Source: Candidatus Fervidifonticultor primus | Lineage (GTDB): Bacteria; Sysuimicrobiota; Sysuimicrobiia; Sysuimicrobiales; Humicultoraceae | Assembly (NCBI GenBank): GCA_031459855.1 | Contig: JAVKHP010000001.1 | Location: forward strand, 1,993,078 to 2,057,077 | Direction of reading: 5' to 3' | Length of the DNA stretch: 64,000 nt | In this document: positions 40,436 through 52,739 of the stretch, piece by piece | Layout: each line of letters starts with the position of its first letter | How positions within the stretch are numbered: position 1 is the first letter of the stretch | Made by a program: the position numbers and the translations under genes | The notes under the pieces: model-generated | Databases searched by the model: none | What the model was told of the DNA's origin: nothing | What the model saw: only the letters and a program-made list of their open reading frames with translations

Positions 40436-41638
40436 TCAGTCCGCGCCCGTCGTCGCCAGGGCCGTGCTCGACTCCGCCTTGCCCGTCGCCTCGGCGAGGT
40501 GGCGGACCGGGAGGAAGAACCGGTTGGCGATCCAGGTGGGTACCACGGCGCTGGCGATCACCGTCGCCACCAGGAAGGAGTACTGGGCCGGAGTGATGAT
40601 GCCGTGCGACAGGCCGTACAGCGCCGAGATGGTGCCGAACGTGAGGCCGGTGGACATGAGCAGGGTAGTGTACATGCCCTCGGCGTGGGGGTAGCGGTAG
40701 AGGCGGGTCAGGGGGAAGATGCCCACGAACTTACTGACGGCCTTGGCCAGGAAGAGCACCGCGAAGATCCCCGGCGCACCGGCCACCACCGGGACGTTCA
40801 CGAGCGCGCCCGCCCGGAGGAAGTAGAACGGGGTCAGCAGCCCGAAGGTCAGGGTGCGCAGCCGCCGCACCAGCGCATGCTCCCGGCCGACAGTCCCCGC
40901 CAGGACCATGCCGAGGAGGTAGGCCGGGAGGACGGCTTCCGAGCCCGACCACACCGCCAGCCCGCCCAGCACGAACAGCGAGAAGAGCAGGAACCTGGCC
41001 TCGAGTTCCGAGGTACGCCCGCCGTACCGCGCGAAGAACGGACCGGTGGCCCTGAAGAGCACGACCAGCGCGGCCAGTAGCGCGCCAGTGAAGACGAGCG
41101 TGCGCGGCCCAAACGGCGCGAAGATGATGCCCAACGCTACGACCGTGCCGAGGTCGTTGATGAAGCACGCGGCCAGGATGACCTTGCCAAACGGCGACCG
41201 GTTGAGCCCCAGCTCCACCATCACCGCGTAGACGACCGCCACGGACGTCGTCGAGAGGGCCACCCCGGCCAGGAGGCTGGCCTGGAGGTCCCATCCCAAG
41301 AGGGTCCGTGCGGCCCACGCGGCTCCCAGGAACGGAGCCAGGAACCCGACCAGCCCCACGGCCGTCGCTTCCCGCCAGCTGCGGCGAAATGCGTCGGGGT
41401 CGAGTTCCACCCCGGCCAGGAACGTGAGCACGATCGACCCCAGTCCGGCGAGGAAGGCGATCCAGTCGCGGCGCACGCCCAGCGCGTCCACCCCGAGCAG
41501 GGTGCTGAAGACCACCTGCGCGACGGTGCCGACGACGATCTCCGCAAGCGCCACCGAGACCTTGAGCCAGGTGGACAGCAGCGTGGCGATGAGCGCGAGG
41601 CCCAGCCAGACGGCCGCACTGAACCACACGTGGTCCAT
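40436..41638 (-). CDS. Cation:proton antiporter (CPA2 / Na+-H+ exchanger family)
   Basis: ...LGLALIATLLSTWLKVSVALAEIVVG... and overall 400-aa hydrophobic pattern of KefB/NapA-type exchangers; ATG at 41638 inside track ORF 40436..41707. Confidence 0.85.
   Translation of the reverse strand: MDHVWFSAAVWLGLALIATLLSTWLKVSVALAEIVVGTVAQVVFSTLLGVDALGVRRDWIAFLAGLGSIVLTFLAGVELDPDAFRRSWREATAVGLVGFLAPFLGAAWAARTLLGWDLQASLLAGVALSTTSVAVVYAVMVELGLNRSPFGKVILAACFINDLGTVVALGIIFAPFGPRTLVFTGALLAALVVLFRATGPFFARYGGRTSELEARFLLFSLFVLGGLAVWSGSEAVLPAYLLGMVLAGTVGREHALVRRLRTLTFGLLTPFYFLRAGALVNVPVVAGAPGIFAVLFLAKAVSKFVGIFPLTRLYRYPHAEGMYTTLLMSTGLTFGTISALYGLSHGIITPAQYSFLVATVIASAVVPTWIANRFFLPVRHLAEATGKAESSTALATTGAD
41351..41391. 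repeat. 41-bp repeat copy 1, inside the antiporter coding sequence
   Basis: About 90% identical (37/41) to 47281..47321; here it encodes ...DAFRRSWREATAVG... of the antiporter. Confidence 0.5.
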
Positions 41639-42077
41639 GGGTACGCTCCTGTGGGGTAGCGGCACGCGACGGGCGGCCCCTACCCGCGGAATGTGGGTAG
41701 GAGCCATCAGCCCGAAGAGGGCGGTTCAGGCGGGCCCCATCGCCTGGGCTGGATTATAGGTGCTCCCGGGAGAGTGCGTCCAGTCCTCCTGGCCGCAGAG
41801 GCCATCCTCGTCGCAGGGGTCACCGGCATCCGGCCGTACCAGGCCCCGCGGCGACCGTAGCGGCGCATCACCCGCGCCACACCAGGTTGTTACCCAGGGC
41901 TGCAGAGCCGCTGGCAGTAGACTCTGCGCACCTCTCGCGTCCGTATTCGGGATGCTGCGGCGCGCGCATGACGCGGAAAGCGCTCTGGGGGAGAGGCGGT
42001 GTGCATCTTCTGGCCCGGGGGAGATGGCCCTGACCTTACGCCATCAAGTTAGATGGCGGATGGCGCGATTCGCGCGG

Positions 42078-42107
42078 TAGCCAGGGCTGTCCGTTGCCAC
42101 GTATAAT
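42078..42107 (+). promoter_or_regulatory. Candidate promoter for the sugar ABC operon
   Basis: TATAAT at about 42102-42107 with a weak -35-like TAGCCA 18 bp upstream; about 75 bp before the binding-protein start. Confidence 0.25.
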
Positions 42108-42182
42108 TCACTATAGGAACATGGAGTCCGCATTGTGGACAGATGCAGAGGTTGCCGAGCCCGATACCGGGAGGTGAGCAGG

Positions 42183-43490
42183 ATGCGTAGGCAGGGACTG
42201 AGTGATTTCGCCCGGATCCTAACGGTCCTCGTAGTCGGCATCGTAGTTGGCTCCTCCCCCGCCTGGTCCGCAGAAGTCGTCACGTTGCGATTCTCCAACT
42301 GGCACCTGGTGGAGACCGTCTGGGGGCGCTCTCTGCGCGAGGCGATTGCGATCTTCGAGAGTCAGAACCCTGGCATCCGGATCGTTCCCGAGCCGATTTC
42401 CTACGCGGAGAAAGAACCGCGTTACCAGGCCGAGTGCGCCGCCCGACGTATGCCCGACGTGGTGAAGTTGCACAACTTCTCGCTGACCATGTTCTTCGAA
42501 CTGGGCTGCGCCGCCGACCTCACGCCCTTCGTGCAGCGCGAGGGGCCGGACTTCCTCAGGACCTGGTACGAAACGCCGATCAAGACCCTGACCTACAAGG
42601 GCAGACTCCTGGCGATGCCAGGGGACTTCATGTCGATGGTCCTGATCTACAACCGGGAACTGTTCCGGGCCGCGGGGCTGGATCCCAACAGGCCTCCGCG
42701 GAACTGGACTGAGTTCCTCGACTACGCGAAGCGGCTTACCCGCGACACCGACGGTGACGGCCGGACCGACCAGTGGGGCTTCAGCATGCCGGCGTCCAAG
42801 AACCCCGGTTTGCCGCTACGCATTGCACCAATCGTTTGGAGCTTTGGCGCCGACTTCCTGACGCCTGACGGCCGGCGCTCGGCCATGGACACACGCGAGT
42901 TTCGAGAAGCTTTCTCCTACATTGTCGACTTGGCGACGGCACACCGTGTGGTCCCGCCAGGGGTCACCACCTTTGGCCCCGGCGACGTGCGCACGCAGAT
43001 GGCGCATCGGCGGGTGGCGATGAAGATCGGGTCGGGCTGGTCGTACCCCATCATCAACGACATCAACCCGGCCCTGAAGGCCTACGAGACGCTGGAGGCT
43101 GCGCCCGTACCCGTCGGGCGCAAGCAGGTCACCATGGCGTGGCTTTCGGGGTGGATCATGAGTCCGCACACCCGGTACCCCGAGGCCGCGTGGAAGTTCA
43201 TCAAGTTCCTCACCAGCAAGGAGACCGAGAAGAAGTTTTTCTTCGACAACCGGGTGATTTCGTCGCGCAAGGACGTCAACACGTTGCCCATGGTCCAAAC
43301 CGACAAGTTCTCGAAGGTGATTGTGTCACAGCTCCAGTACGCGAGACTCGAGCCGCTCATCCCGGAGTGGCCCGAGATCTTCGACACCTTCGCCACCGCG
43401 CTGCAGGAGGCGATCACCGGGGCGAAAGCTCCTGATCGGGCCCTTGCCGAGGCCCACGCGAGGGTCAATACGATCCTGGGGGTGCGGTGA
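42183..43490 (+). CDS. Sugar ABC transporter substrate-binding protein (family 1)
   Basis: Signal peptide, 436 aa, family-1 carbohydrate-binding pattern; GGGAGGTGA upstream of ATG; GC3 visibly lower than neighbouring genes. Confidence 0.9.
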   Translation: MRRQGLSDFARILTVLVVGIVVGSSPAWSAEVVTLRFSNWHLVETVWGRSLREAIAIFESQNPGIRIVPEPISYAEKEPRYQAECAARRMPDVVKLHNFSLTMFFELGCAADLTPFVQREGPDFLRTWYETPIKTLTYKGRLLAMPGDFMSMVLIYNRELFRAAGLDPNRPPRNWTEFLDYAKRLTRDTDGDGRTDQWGFSMPASKNPGLPLRIAPIVWSFGADFLTPDGRRSAMDTREFREAFSYIVDLATAHRVVPPGVTTFGPGDVRTQMAHRRVAMKIGSGWSYPIINDINPALKAYETLEAAPVPVGRKQVTMAWLSGWIMSPHTRYPEAAWKFIKFLTSKETEKKFFFDNRVISSRKDVNTLPMVQTDKFSKVIVSQLQYARLEPLIPEWPEIFDTFATALQEAITGAKAPDRALAEAHARVNTILGVR

Positions 43491-44413
43491 ACATCGTGAG
43501 AGGCCGGCCCGCGCCGGCCTCTCACGGCTTCAGAGCTCGCGGGCGCGCCGCGTGCCTGCCGCGGCTGCGCGACGCGCACCTCGGGTACGTCTTCATCGCC
43601 CCGACGCTCCTGCTACTGGGTGTGGTCCTGGCGTACCCCGCCTACGAGAGCGTGCGCCTGAGCCTCAGCCCGCGTGGAGGCGGGGGAGTCACCCTCGTCC
43701 AGTACGTGGGGCTGGTGCAGTCCGACCTCTTCCGGCAGGTGGTCTGGCAAACGGCGGTCTTCGTGACGGCCAGCGTGACGGCGCACGTTGTGCTGGGGCT
43801 TGCCGTGGCCCTGGTGCTCAACCGGCCGCTGTGGGGACGGACGGGCTTCAGGATCCTGGCCTTGTTACCGTGGGTGGTCCCTGATGTCGTAGCCGGGATC
43901 ATCTGGAAGTGGATTCTAAACCCCCTGTACGGGGTGCTCAACGACGCCCTGGCCCGGTTGGGACTGATTGCGCACCCGGTGGAGTGGCTGACCAATCCGT
44001 CGCTGGTCTTGTTCAGCGTGATCCTGGCCAACGTCTGGCGAGGCTTCCCCTTCGTCATGATCATTTTCCTGGCGGGCCTGCAGAGCATCCCGACCGAACT
44101 GTACGAAGCCGCGGCCATCGACGGGGCGGGGACCCTCCAGCGCTTTCGGCACGTAACCTTGCCCGGACTGCGCCGGGTCTTCATCGTGGCCCTGGCCCTC
44201 GACACCATCTGGGAGACGCGCCGGTTCGGTCTCGTCCAGGCAATGACCGGTGGCGGCCCGGGCACCCTCAGTGAGGTCCTCTCGACCCAGGTGTTCAAGC
44301 AGTACTTCCAGTTCTTCAAGTTCGAGTTCGCGTCGGCGATGGCCATCGCGATGACGGGACTGCTGCTGTTCGTGTCAATTCCGTACGTGCGGATGATCGT
44401 TCGAGAGGAGTAG
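43487..44413 (+). CDS. Sugar ABC transporter permease (MalF/UgpA-like)
   Basis: ...EAAAIDGAGTLQRFRHVTLPGL... EAA-loop region; start overlaps binding-protein stop. Confidence 0.9.
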   Translation: MNIVRGRPAPASHGFRARGRAACLPRLRDAHLGYVFIAPTLLLLGVVLAYPAYESVRLSLSPRGGGGVTLVQYVGLVQSDLFRQVVWQTAVFVTASVTAHVVLGLAVALVLNRPLWGRTGFRILALLPWVVPDVVAGIIWKWILNPLYGVLNDALARLGLIAHPVEWLTNPSLVLFSVILANVWRGFPFVMIIFLAGLQSIPTELYEAAAIDGAGTLQRFRHVTLPGLRRVFIVALALDTIWETRRFGLVQAMTGGGPGTLSEVLSTQVFKQYFQFFKFEFASAMAIAMTGLLLFVSIPYVRMIVREE

Positions 44414-44420
44414 CCTGCCC

Positions 44421-45269
44421 GTGGACCTGCCAGCCATCTACAGCCGCTCGCGTCTCGTCTTGGCCTTGGTGTACGTCTTCGCGGGACTCGTGGGCATCTT
44501 AGTCTTCTTCCCTTTCGTGTGGATGGTGCTGACCTCGCTCAAGACGGAGACCGAGGCCTTGCGGATTCCGGTGGTGTGGCTGCCGGACCGCCCCACCCTG
44601 GCTGCCTACGTCACCATGTGGTTGCGAAAGAACTACGCGACGTACTTCTTCAACAGCGCAGTAGTGTCGTTGACCACAGCGGTGATCTCGACACTGTTGG
44701 GCGCCATGGCCGGCTACGGGTTCTCGCGCTTCGCGCTGCGCGGGCGCGGGGTCCTCATGGGGCTGGTGCTCATCAGCCAGATGCTCCCCGGGGTCCTGGT
44801 GGTGGGGCCCTACTTCAAGATCCTCTCGGCCGTTGGTCTCTACGACACCCGCACCGGCCTCATCATCGCATTCCTGACCATCTGCCTGCCCTTTGCCACC
44901 TGGATGCTCAAGGGCTTCATCGACGGTGTGCCGCGGGAACTGGACGAGGCGGCGATGGTCGACGGCTGCAGTCGGTGGCGTATCTTCGTGGGAATCGTCC
45001 TCCCGCTGATCCGTCCGGGCATGGTGGCCACCATGCTCTTTGCGTTTCTGCTGGCATGGGGTGACCTGTTGTGGGTGTCGACTCTCACGCACAGCGAGGG
45101 CATGGTGACCGTCACGCTGGCCATTGCCCGGACGGTCCTCGAGTTCTACGTAAACTGGCCCGAACTGATGGCGGGTGCCCTCATGGGTGGGTTCCCCGGA
45201 ATCGTGTTGTACTTGTTAATGCAGCGGTGGCTGGTCGCCGGACTGACGGCGGGCGCCATCAAACAGTAG
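44421..45269 (+). CDS. Sugar ABC transporter permease (MalG/UgpE-like)
   Basis: ...DEAAMVDGCSRWRIFVGIVLPL... EAA-loop; 282 aa. Confidence 0.9.
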   Translation: MDLPAIYSRSRLVLALVYVFAGLVGILVFFPFVWMVLTSLKTETEALRIPVVWLPDRPTLAAYVTMWLRKNYATYFFNSAVVSLTTAVISTLLGAMAGYGFSRFALRGRGVLMGLVLISQMLPGVLVVGPYFKILSAVGLYDTRTGLIIAFLTICLPFATWMLKGFIDGVPRELDEAAMVDGCSRWRIFVGIVLPLIRPGMVATMLFAFLLAWGDLLWVSTLTHSEGMVTVTLAIARTVLEFYVNWPELMAGALMGGFPGIVLYLLMQRWLVAGLTAGAIKQ

Positions 45270-45279
45270 GAGGCGGTCG

Positions 45280-46350
45280 ATGCGCGGCGTTATGAAGGTG
45301 GGACGCGGCCCCGGCCTCGTAGAACTCCACGAGGTCCCCGACCCGCAGCCGGGGCCGGGCGAAGTGCTGATCGCGGTGGCGGCGGCGGCCATTTGCGGGA
45401 GCGACCTGCACATCTTCCACGATCGTCATCCGTACTGGCCGCCGGTCATCCTCGGCCACGAGTTCGCGGGAACTGTCGCGGCAGTGGGGGAAGGCGTCAG
45501 TGGTTATGCCATCGGGGATCGGGTCGTTTCCGAGACCAGCACAGGGAGCTGCGGCGTGTGTTTCCTGTGCCGCAGCGGCAACAGGCAGATTTGCGAGCAC
45601 AAGCGCGCGCTGGGGATCGGGACGAATGGGGCGTTTGCGCACTACGTGGTTGCGCCTGCCTCGTTGCTCCATCGAGTCCCTGACGGGGTGCCGCTGGAAG
45701 AAGCCGCCCTTACCGAGCCGACGGCCATTGCCGTCCACGCTATCGTTGAGCGCATGAAGGTGGCGCCGGGCGAAACCGTCGTCATCAGCGGCCCCGGGCC
45801 CATTGGCCTGCTGTGCCTGCAGGTGGCCCGGGCGGCAGGCGCCGGTCTGATCGTCGTCAGCGGGACACCCACCAGCGCGCGCCTGCGGTTGCAAGTGGCC
45901 CGGACGGTCGGTGCAGACGTGATCGTCAACATTGGGGAGGAAGACTTGGTCCACCGGGTCCTAGCCCTGACCGACGGTCGCGGGGCCGACGTGGCGGTGG
46001 AAACCTCCGGGGCACCGCAGGCCGTGGAGGCCCTGCCACGCCTGACCAGGCGGCTGGGGCGCATCGGCCTGCTGGGCGTGACCGGACACCCGACGGTACC
46101 GTTCCCTGCCGATGTCGCGCTCTTCAAGGGCCTGGAGGTGCAGTGCTCGTTCAGCAGCAAGCACACCAGCTGGGTGACGGCACTCCGTCTGCTGGCATCC
46201 GGTCAGGTGCGGGTGCGACCGCTTCTGACGACGGCGGTCCCACTGGAACGATGGCAAGAGGCCTTCGAGGCGCAAGAGCAGGGCAGGGCGATCAAGACGT
46301 TGCTGATGCCCTCCCGGTGGCCGCAGAACCTGGCGGAGGGACGAGGATGA
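45280..46350 (+). CDS. Zinc-dependent alcohol/polyol dehydrogenase (MDR family, sorbitol-dehydrogenase-like)
   Basis: ...ICGSDLHIF...GHEFAGTV... catalytic-zinc motif, ...CGVCFLCRSGNRQIC... structural-zinc motif, ...ISGPGPIGL... Rossmann motif. Confidence 0.9.
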   Translation: MRGVMKVGRGPGLVELHEVPDPQPGPGEVLIAVAAAAICGSDLHIFHDRHPYWPPVILGHEFAGTVAAVGEGVSGYAIGDRVVSETSTGSCGVCFLCRSGNRQICEHKRALGIGTNGAFAHYVVAPASLLHRVPDGVPLEEAALTEPTAIAVHAIVERMKVAPGETVVISGPGPIGLLCLQVARAAGAGLIVVSGTPTSARLRLQVARTVGADVIVNIGEEDLVHRVLALTDGRGADVAVETSGAPQAVEALPRLTRRLGRIGLLGVTGHPTVPFPADVALFKGLEVQCSFSSKHTSWVTALRLLASGQVRVRPLLTTAVPLERWQEAFEAQEQGRAIKTLLMPSRWPQNLAEGRG

Positions 46351-47255
46351 GCAGGAGCAGCCGCCGGGACGTGCAGTCTGTCGACCGCGCCATGGTACTC
46401 CTGGCCGCGCTGGGCGAGGCTGGATGTCCACTGGGCGTCCGCGAGCTCAGCGCCCGGGTCATGCTTCCTCGGCCTACCGTCTACCGCCTCCTGCAAACGC
46501 TGGAACACCACGGTGCCGTCACTGCCGCCGACGGACGTTTCATGATCGGGCCTCGCATCCTGTGGCTGGCGGCCCAACGTCTCGAACACATCGAACTGCG
46601 CACCGTCGGACGGCCGTTTCTCCTGGACCTGCGGGACCGGACCGGCGAGACGGTTCACCTGGCCGTCCTGGAGCAGGGTCAGGTCGTCTACGTGGACAAG
46701 GTCGAGCCACCGGGCCCGATGCGCATGGCCTCGGCGGTCGGAAAGATCATGCCGGCACATTGTACGGCGCTGGGCAAGGCCATGCTGGCCCATCTGCCTC
46801 GGGAGCAGGTCCGCGAGGTCCTCGCCCGCCATGGGATGCCGCAGCGCACGCGGCAGACGATCACCAATGCCGACGTGCTGTTGGCGGAACTGGACGCTGT
46901 CCGCGCACGCGGGTATGCCGTTGACAACGTGGAGAACGAAGAGGGTATCCGCTGCGTGGGGGCTGCCATCTTCGACCACCGAGGCGAGGTGGTGGGCGCT
47001 GTCAGCGTGTCTGGAGCCGTCCGCGCCCTGACGCTGGAGCGGATTCGCCGTGACCTCGGCCCATGTGTCCGGGACACGGCAGAGTGGATATCGCGGGCCA
47101 TGGGCTGGCAGACGCCTCGACGATCGGCGACCGCCGAGGGGCGACCGGGGGATCGCCGGACGCAGACCCGCCTGCCGGGACGCATGATCCCGCGGCGTGG
47201 CCAGGCGGCCGTGGTCTCGGGTCGCACGCGTGGGCCGGCGCGCGCCGGAGGCTGA
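46347..47255 (+). CDS. IclR-family transcriptional regulator
   Basis: N-terminal wHTH ...SVDRAMVLLAAL...VRELSARVMLPRPTVYRLLQTL... and IclR effector domain; ATG overlaps ADH stop (ATGA). Confidence 0.85.
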   Translation: MSRSSRRDVQSVDRAMVLLAALGEAGCPLGVRELSARVMLPRPTVYRLLQTLEHHGAVTAADGRFMIGPRILWLAAQRLEHIELRTVGRPFLLDLRDRTGETVHLAVLEQGQVVYVDKVEPPGPMRMASAVGKIMPAHCTALGKAMLAHLPREQVREVLARHGMPQRTRQTITNADVLLAELDAVRARGYAVDNVENEEGIRCVGAAIFDHRGEVVGAVSVSGAVRALTLERIRRDLGPCVRDTAEWISRAMGWQTPRRSATAEGRPGDRRTQTRLPGRMIPRRGQAAVVSGRTRGPARAGG

Positions 47256-47280
47256 CTGCGTTCACCGCACCGGACTCTTC

Positions 47281-47321
47281 CAAGCCCACGGCCGTCGCTT
47301 GCCGCTAGCTGCGGCGAAATG
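47281..47321. repeat. 41-bp repeat copy 2, between IclR gene end and IS fragment
   Basis: About 90% identical to 41351..41391; a mismatch creates the TAG that ends the truncated transposase ORF. Confidence 0.5.
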
Positions 47322-47652
47322 TCTGGCGGGGAAACCGGAGGCCCTCGCGCTCCCAGAGCAACTCGGTGAGGTGATGATCGTTCACGCCCGCATAGGTGGT
47401 GCGGGCCAGGGTGAGGACGCTGACCCGGACAGCCTCGGGGAGGCGCCGCGAGGAGGGGCGGCCGCGGTTGCCATGGACGAGGGCTGCGAGGCCCTGCTGG
47501 CGCAGGCGGGCCAGCAGCCCGCGGAGGTGGCGAAGCGACAGCCCCAACAGCACGGCGGCCTCTGTCGCCCGGAGCACCCCGTGCTGCACCCGGACCAAGA
47601 CCTGGACACGGTGTTGCTCTTTGCGGGTCAAGGCAATCGTCTCCCTAGTCAT
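47305..47652 (-). mobile_element. IS transposase N-terminal HTH fragment (truncated, likely pseudogene)
   Basis: 115-aa ORF ...LTRKEQHRVQVL...EAAVLLGLSLRHLRGLLARLRQQGLAALVHGNRGRPSSRRLP... matches the N-terminal HTH of IS transposases as I remember them; ORF ends after 115 aa inside the repeat, with no catalytic domain. Confidence 0.55.
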
Positions 47653-47781
47653 GCCCTCAGGGTGACAGATTCACTGAGCCGTTAGGGGGTGACAAAATCA
47701 ATGAGCTATTACACACCCGCGCACAGGGGTTGACGCCCACGTCAGGCTGTGCTAGTTTGACACTCAAACTGCATAGGCGTG

Positions 47782-47886
47782 CTCTTATCAAGAGTGGGTG
47801 AGGGACGGGCCCGATGACCCCCGGCAACCTGCCGCCGCCGCGGTAAGGTGCCAAGCCCCGCGGAACCCAGTTCCGGCGGATAAGAG
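47782..47886 (+). promoter_or_regulatory. SAM-I (S-box) riboswitch aptamer
   Basis: CTCTTATCAAGAG..GGGTGAGGGAC.GGCCCGATGA..CCCGGCAACC...GGTGCCAA..CCCGCGGAA...GGATAAGAG: P1 pairing and conserved S-box core elements; candidate promoter TTGACG-17-TAGTTT at about 47730-47758. Confidence 0.8.
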
Positions 47887-47891
47887 GGTGG

Positions 47892-47930
47892 AACCCCTCC
47901 AAGCGCAGGAAGTGGAGGGGTTTCTTGTTA
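47892..47930 (+). terminator. Riboswitch expression-platform terminator
   Basis: AACCCCTCCA / TGGAGGGGTT 10-bp stem with 11-nt loop followed by T-rich TCTTGTT, ending just before the thrB-like GTG at 47932. Confidence 0.7.
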
Positions 47931-47931
47931 C

Positions 47932-48852
47932 GTGTGGCAGCGGGAGATGGGCGTGGCGGTTGCGCTGGAACGGGTCACGGTGCACGTGCCGGCGACGGTG
48001 GCGAACCTCGGGCCGGGCTTCGATTGCCTGGGCGCGGCGGTGAACCTGTTCGCCGAGGTCACCCTGGCGCCGGCGTCGACGCCGCGCGTCGAGGTGGCCG
48101 GCGTCGACGTGCCGCAGGACGCCACGAACCTGATCTACCGTAGCGCCCAGGCGGCAGCGGCGGCGGCGGGCTGGCAGGGGGCGTTCGCGCTGCGCGCGCG
48201 CTGGCCGATCCCGCTGCGCAGCGGCTTGGGCAGCAGCGCGGCAGCCATCGTCGGCGGGCTCGTGGCGGCGCACCGGCTGCTGGGCGACGCCCTGGACGCC
48301 CAGACGCTGCTGCGGCTGGCCACCGACCTCGAAGGCCACCCGGACAACGTGGCGGCAGCGCTGTTCGGCGGCGTGGTGGTCGTGGCACGTGACGGATCGG
48401 AGGTGCGGTGGGCGCGCATCGCGCCGGTGCTGCCGCTGGCCGTGGTGCTGGCGGTGCCCGCCCTCGAGATCGAGACCGCCGCAGCGCGGCGGGTGCTGCC
48501 AGCACAGGTCGCGCACGCCGACGCGGTGTTCAACGTGGCGCGCACGGCGCTGGTGGTGACGGCGCTGGCCACCGGGCAGGCGCAGGCCCTGCGGGGCGCC
48601 CTGCGCGACCGGCTGCACCAGCCGTACCGCGCGCCGCTGGTGCCGGGGTTCGCCGCAGTGGTCGCCGCGGCGGAAGACGCAGGCGCCTACGGTGCGGTGC
48701 TCAGCGGCTCGGGGCCTACGGTGGCGGCCCTGACGCCCCCCGCAGCGGCGGGCGCGGTGGGCGCGGCCATGGTGGCGGCGTTCGCGGCAGCCGGCGTGCA
48801 GAGCCGCGCGCTCGAGACGCAGATCGAGTTGCGGGGGGCGCTGGGGGGCTAG
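47932..48852 (+). CDS. thrB: Homoserine kinase (GHMP kinase); possibly MetM-type in a methionine pathway
   Basis: ...VPATVANLGPGFDCLGAAV... and GHMP motif ...RSGLGSSAAAIVGG...; 306 aa. Confidence 0.85.
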   Translation: MWQREMGVAVALERVTVHVPATVANLGPGFDCLGAAVNLFAEVTLAPASTPRVEVAGVDVPQDATNLIYRSAQAAAAAAGWQGAFALRARWPIPLRSGLGSSAAAIVGGLVAAHRLLGDALDAQTLLRLATDLEGHPDNVAAALFGGVVVVARDGSEVRWARIAPVLPLAVVLAVPALEIETAAARRVLPAQVAHADAVFNVARTALVVTALATGQAQALRGALRDRLHQPYRAPLVPGFAAVVAAAEDAGAYGAVLSGSGPTVAALTPPAAAGAVGAAMVAAFAAAGVQSRALETQIELRGALGG

Positions 48853-49132
48853 GCCGACGGCCGGGCACCTGCCGGTGGAGGGGCCCGTGGGTGACCGTGC
48901 AGTGCGCGATGGACTCTGACTGCGCGATCCAGGCGGCCTGGCGGGTCTAGTGAGTGCGACCGGCAGCCGGTGCTGATGCAGTGTGCCGCACGTTCACCGC
49001 GCGCGATCGCGTCGCAGCCCGCGGCGCCTGGACGCACGGGCAAGCCCTGTGGGGCGCGCGGGAAGCCGACGCGTGCGGTGGGAGCCGGCGGGTCGGCTGA
49101 ATGGCACGACGACGGCGTGGGGGAGGCGGGAG

Positions 49133-50359
<1,227 letters not shown>

Positions 50360-50370
50360 GGAGGACGACA

Positions 50371-50655
50371 GTGGCAACGATCCGCATTCCCACGCCCATG
50401 CGGCGGTACACCAATGGCGAGCGTCTGGTGACGGTCGAGGCGTCGACGCTGGCGGCGGCGATCGACGAGCTGGGCCGGCGCTTCCCCGGGCTGCGCGAGC
50501 GCCTGGTGAACGGCGACGGACAGCTGCACCACTTCGTGAACGTCTTCGTCAACGAGCAGGACGTGCGCACGCTGCAGGGCCTCGACACCCCGCTGGACGA
50601 GCGCGCCGAGGTGTCCATCATTCCCGCCATGGCCGGAGGTGCGCCGGCGTGGTAG
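50371..50655 (+). CDS. MoaD/ThiS-family sulfur-carrier protein (CysO-like)
   Basis: ...GQLHHFVNVFVNEQDVRTLQGLDTPLDERAEVSIIPAMAGG-APAW resembles CysO (...LHRFVNIYVNDEDVR...AVAGG) as I recall it; GTG with GAGGAGG upstream; Gly-Gly is followed by four residues. Confidence 0.65.
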   Translation: MATIRIPTPMRRYTNGERLVTVEASTLAAAIDELGRRFPGLRERLVNGDGQLHHFVNVFVNEQDVRTLQGLDTPLDERAEVSIIPAMAGGAPAW

Positions 50656-52725
<2,070 letters not shown>

Positions 52726-52739
52726 GGCGGGAGGCAGGC

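Noticed and set aside
42094-42107. TTGCCA + TATAAT as a promoter pair
   Set aside because: Spacing between the two hexamers is only about 2 bp; an alternative weak -35 at 18-bp spacing was used in the feature list instead.
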